From contig JAWQFM010000001.1 in assembly GCA_033442325.1 (NCBI GenBank), forward strand, positions 728,410 to 792,409: DNA of 64,000 nucleotides, given 5' to 3'. Below are positions 63,815-64,000 of the stretch, one piece after another. The stretch is from Salpingoeca rosetta. Lineage: Eukaryota; Protista; Choanoflagellata. Each line of letters opens with the position of its first letter. Position 1 is the stretch's first letter. The position numbers were made by a program, and so were the translations under genes. The notes under the pieces are model-generated. The model was given only the letters and a program-made list of their open reading frames with translations. It ran no database searches and was not told the origin of the DNA.

Positions 63815-64000
63815 CGTGTTGTGATTTGACCCGCCACCAGCTGCGGTGCCTGTCGCTGTTTGTCACGCACTACCCGAGCTTGGCGGAGGTCACGGCGCTG
63901 TATCCGCAGCACGTCCTCTGCTCACACATGAGCTTCGTCGAGGTGCGACACCTAGTCTGCGTATGTGTGTGCTTTCTTGTATGTGTTCGTGTGTATTGCT
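55942..64000 (+). CDS. MSH3: DNA mismatch repair protein MSH3, 3'-partial
   Basis: PIP box QSSISRFF; [40 protein letters not shown] (MSH3-specific GYKY); Walker [15 protein letters not shown]; Walker [17 protein letters not shown]; LFVTHY. Confidence 0.95.

Overview
Eukaryotic, gene-dense, intron-rich DNA with (GT)n/(CA)n microsatellites in most introns and three N-gaps. Gene content and style suggest a choanoflagellate such as Salpingoeca rosetta (inference). Most ORFs in the supplied track are repeat-derived noise, so the genes were rebuilt by hand from GT-AG exons. Left to right: Cbl E3 ligase (-, complete, TKB-RING-Pro-rich-UBA); a cyclin-box-like 5' fragment (+) fused tail-to-tail with a GSK3-like 5' fragment (-); Nup88 (-); mitochondrial enoyl-CoA isomerase (+); a Di19/KCMF1-type zinc finger-Nudix fusion (+); cullin-3-like (-); an intronless TLC-domain protein (-); a HERC-type RCC1-HECT ligase (+); C1-THF synthase MTHFD1 (-); an orphan Cys-motif ORF behind a heptamer array (+); HEATR3/Syo1 (-); RPL36 (-) with candidate intronic H/ACA snoRNA(s); and MSH3 (+, runs off the window end). 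The most notable items are the two-gene breakpoint at ~6094-6102, the zinc finger-Nudix architecture, the RPL36-hosted snoRNA with a plausible LSU rRNA target, and the orphan locus at 47-48.5 kb. All family assignments are from motif recall, not database searches. I cannot claim a confirmed new system.
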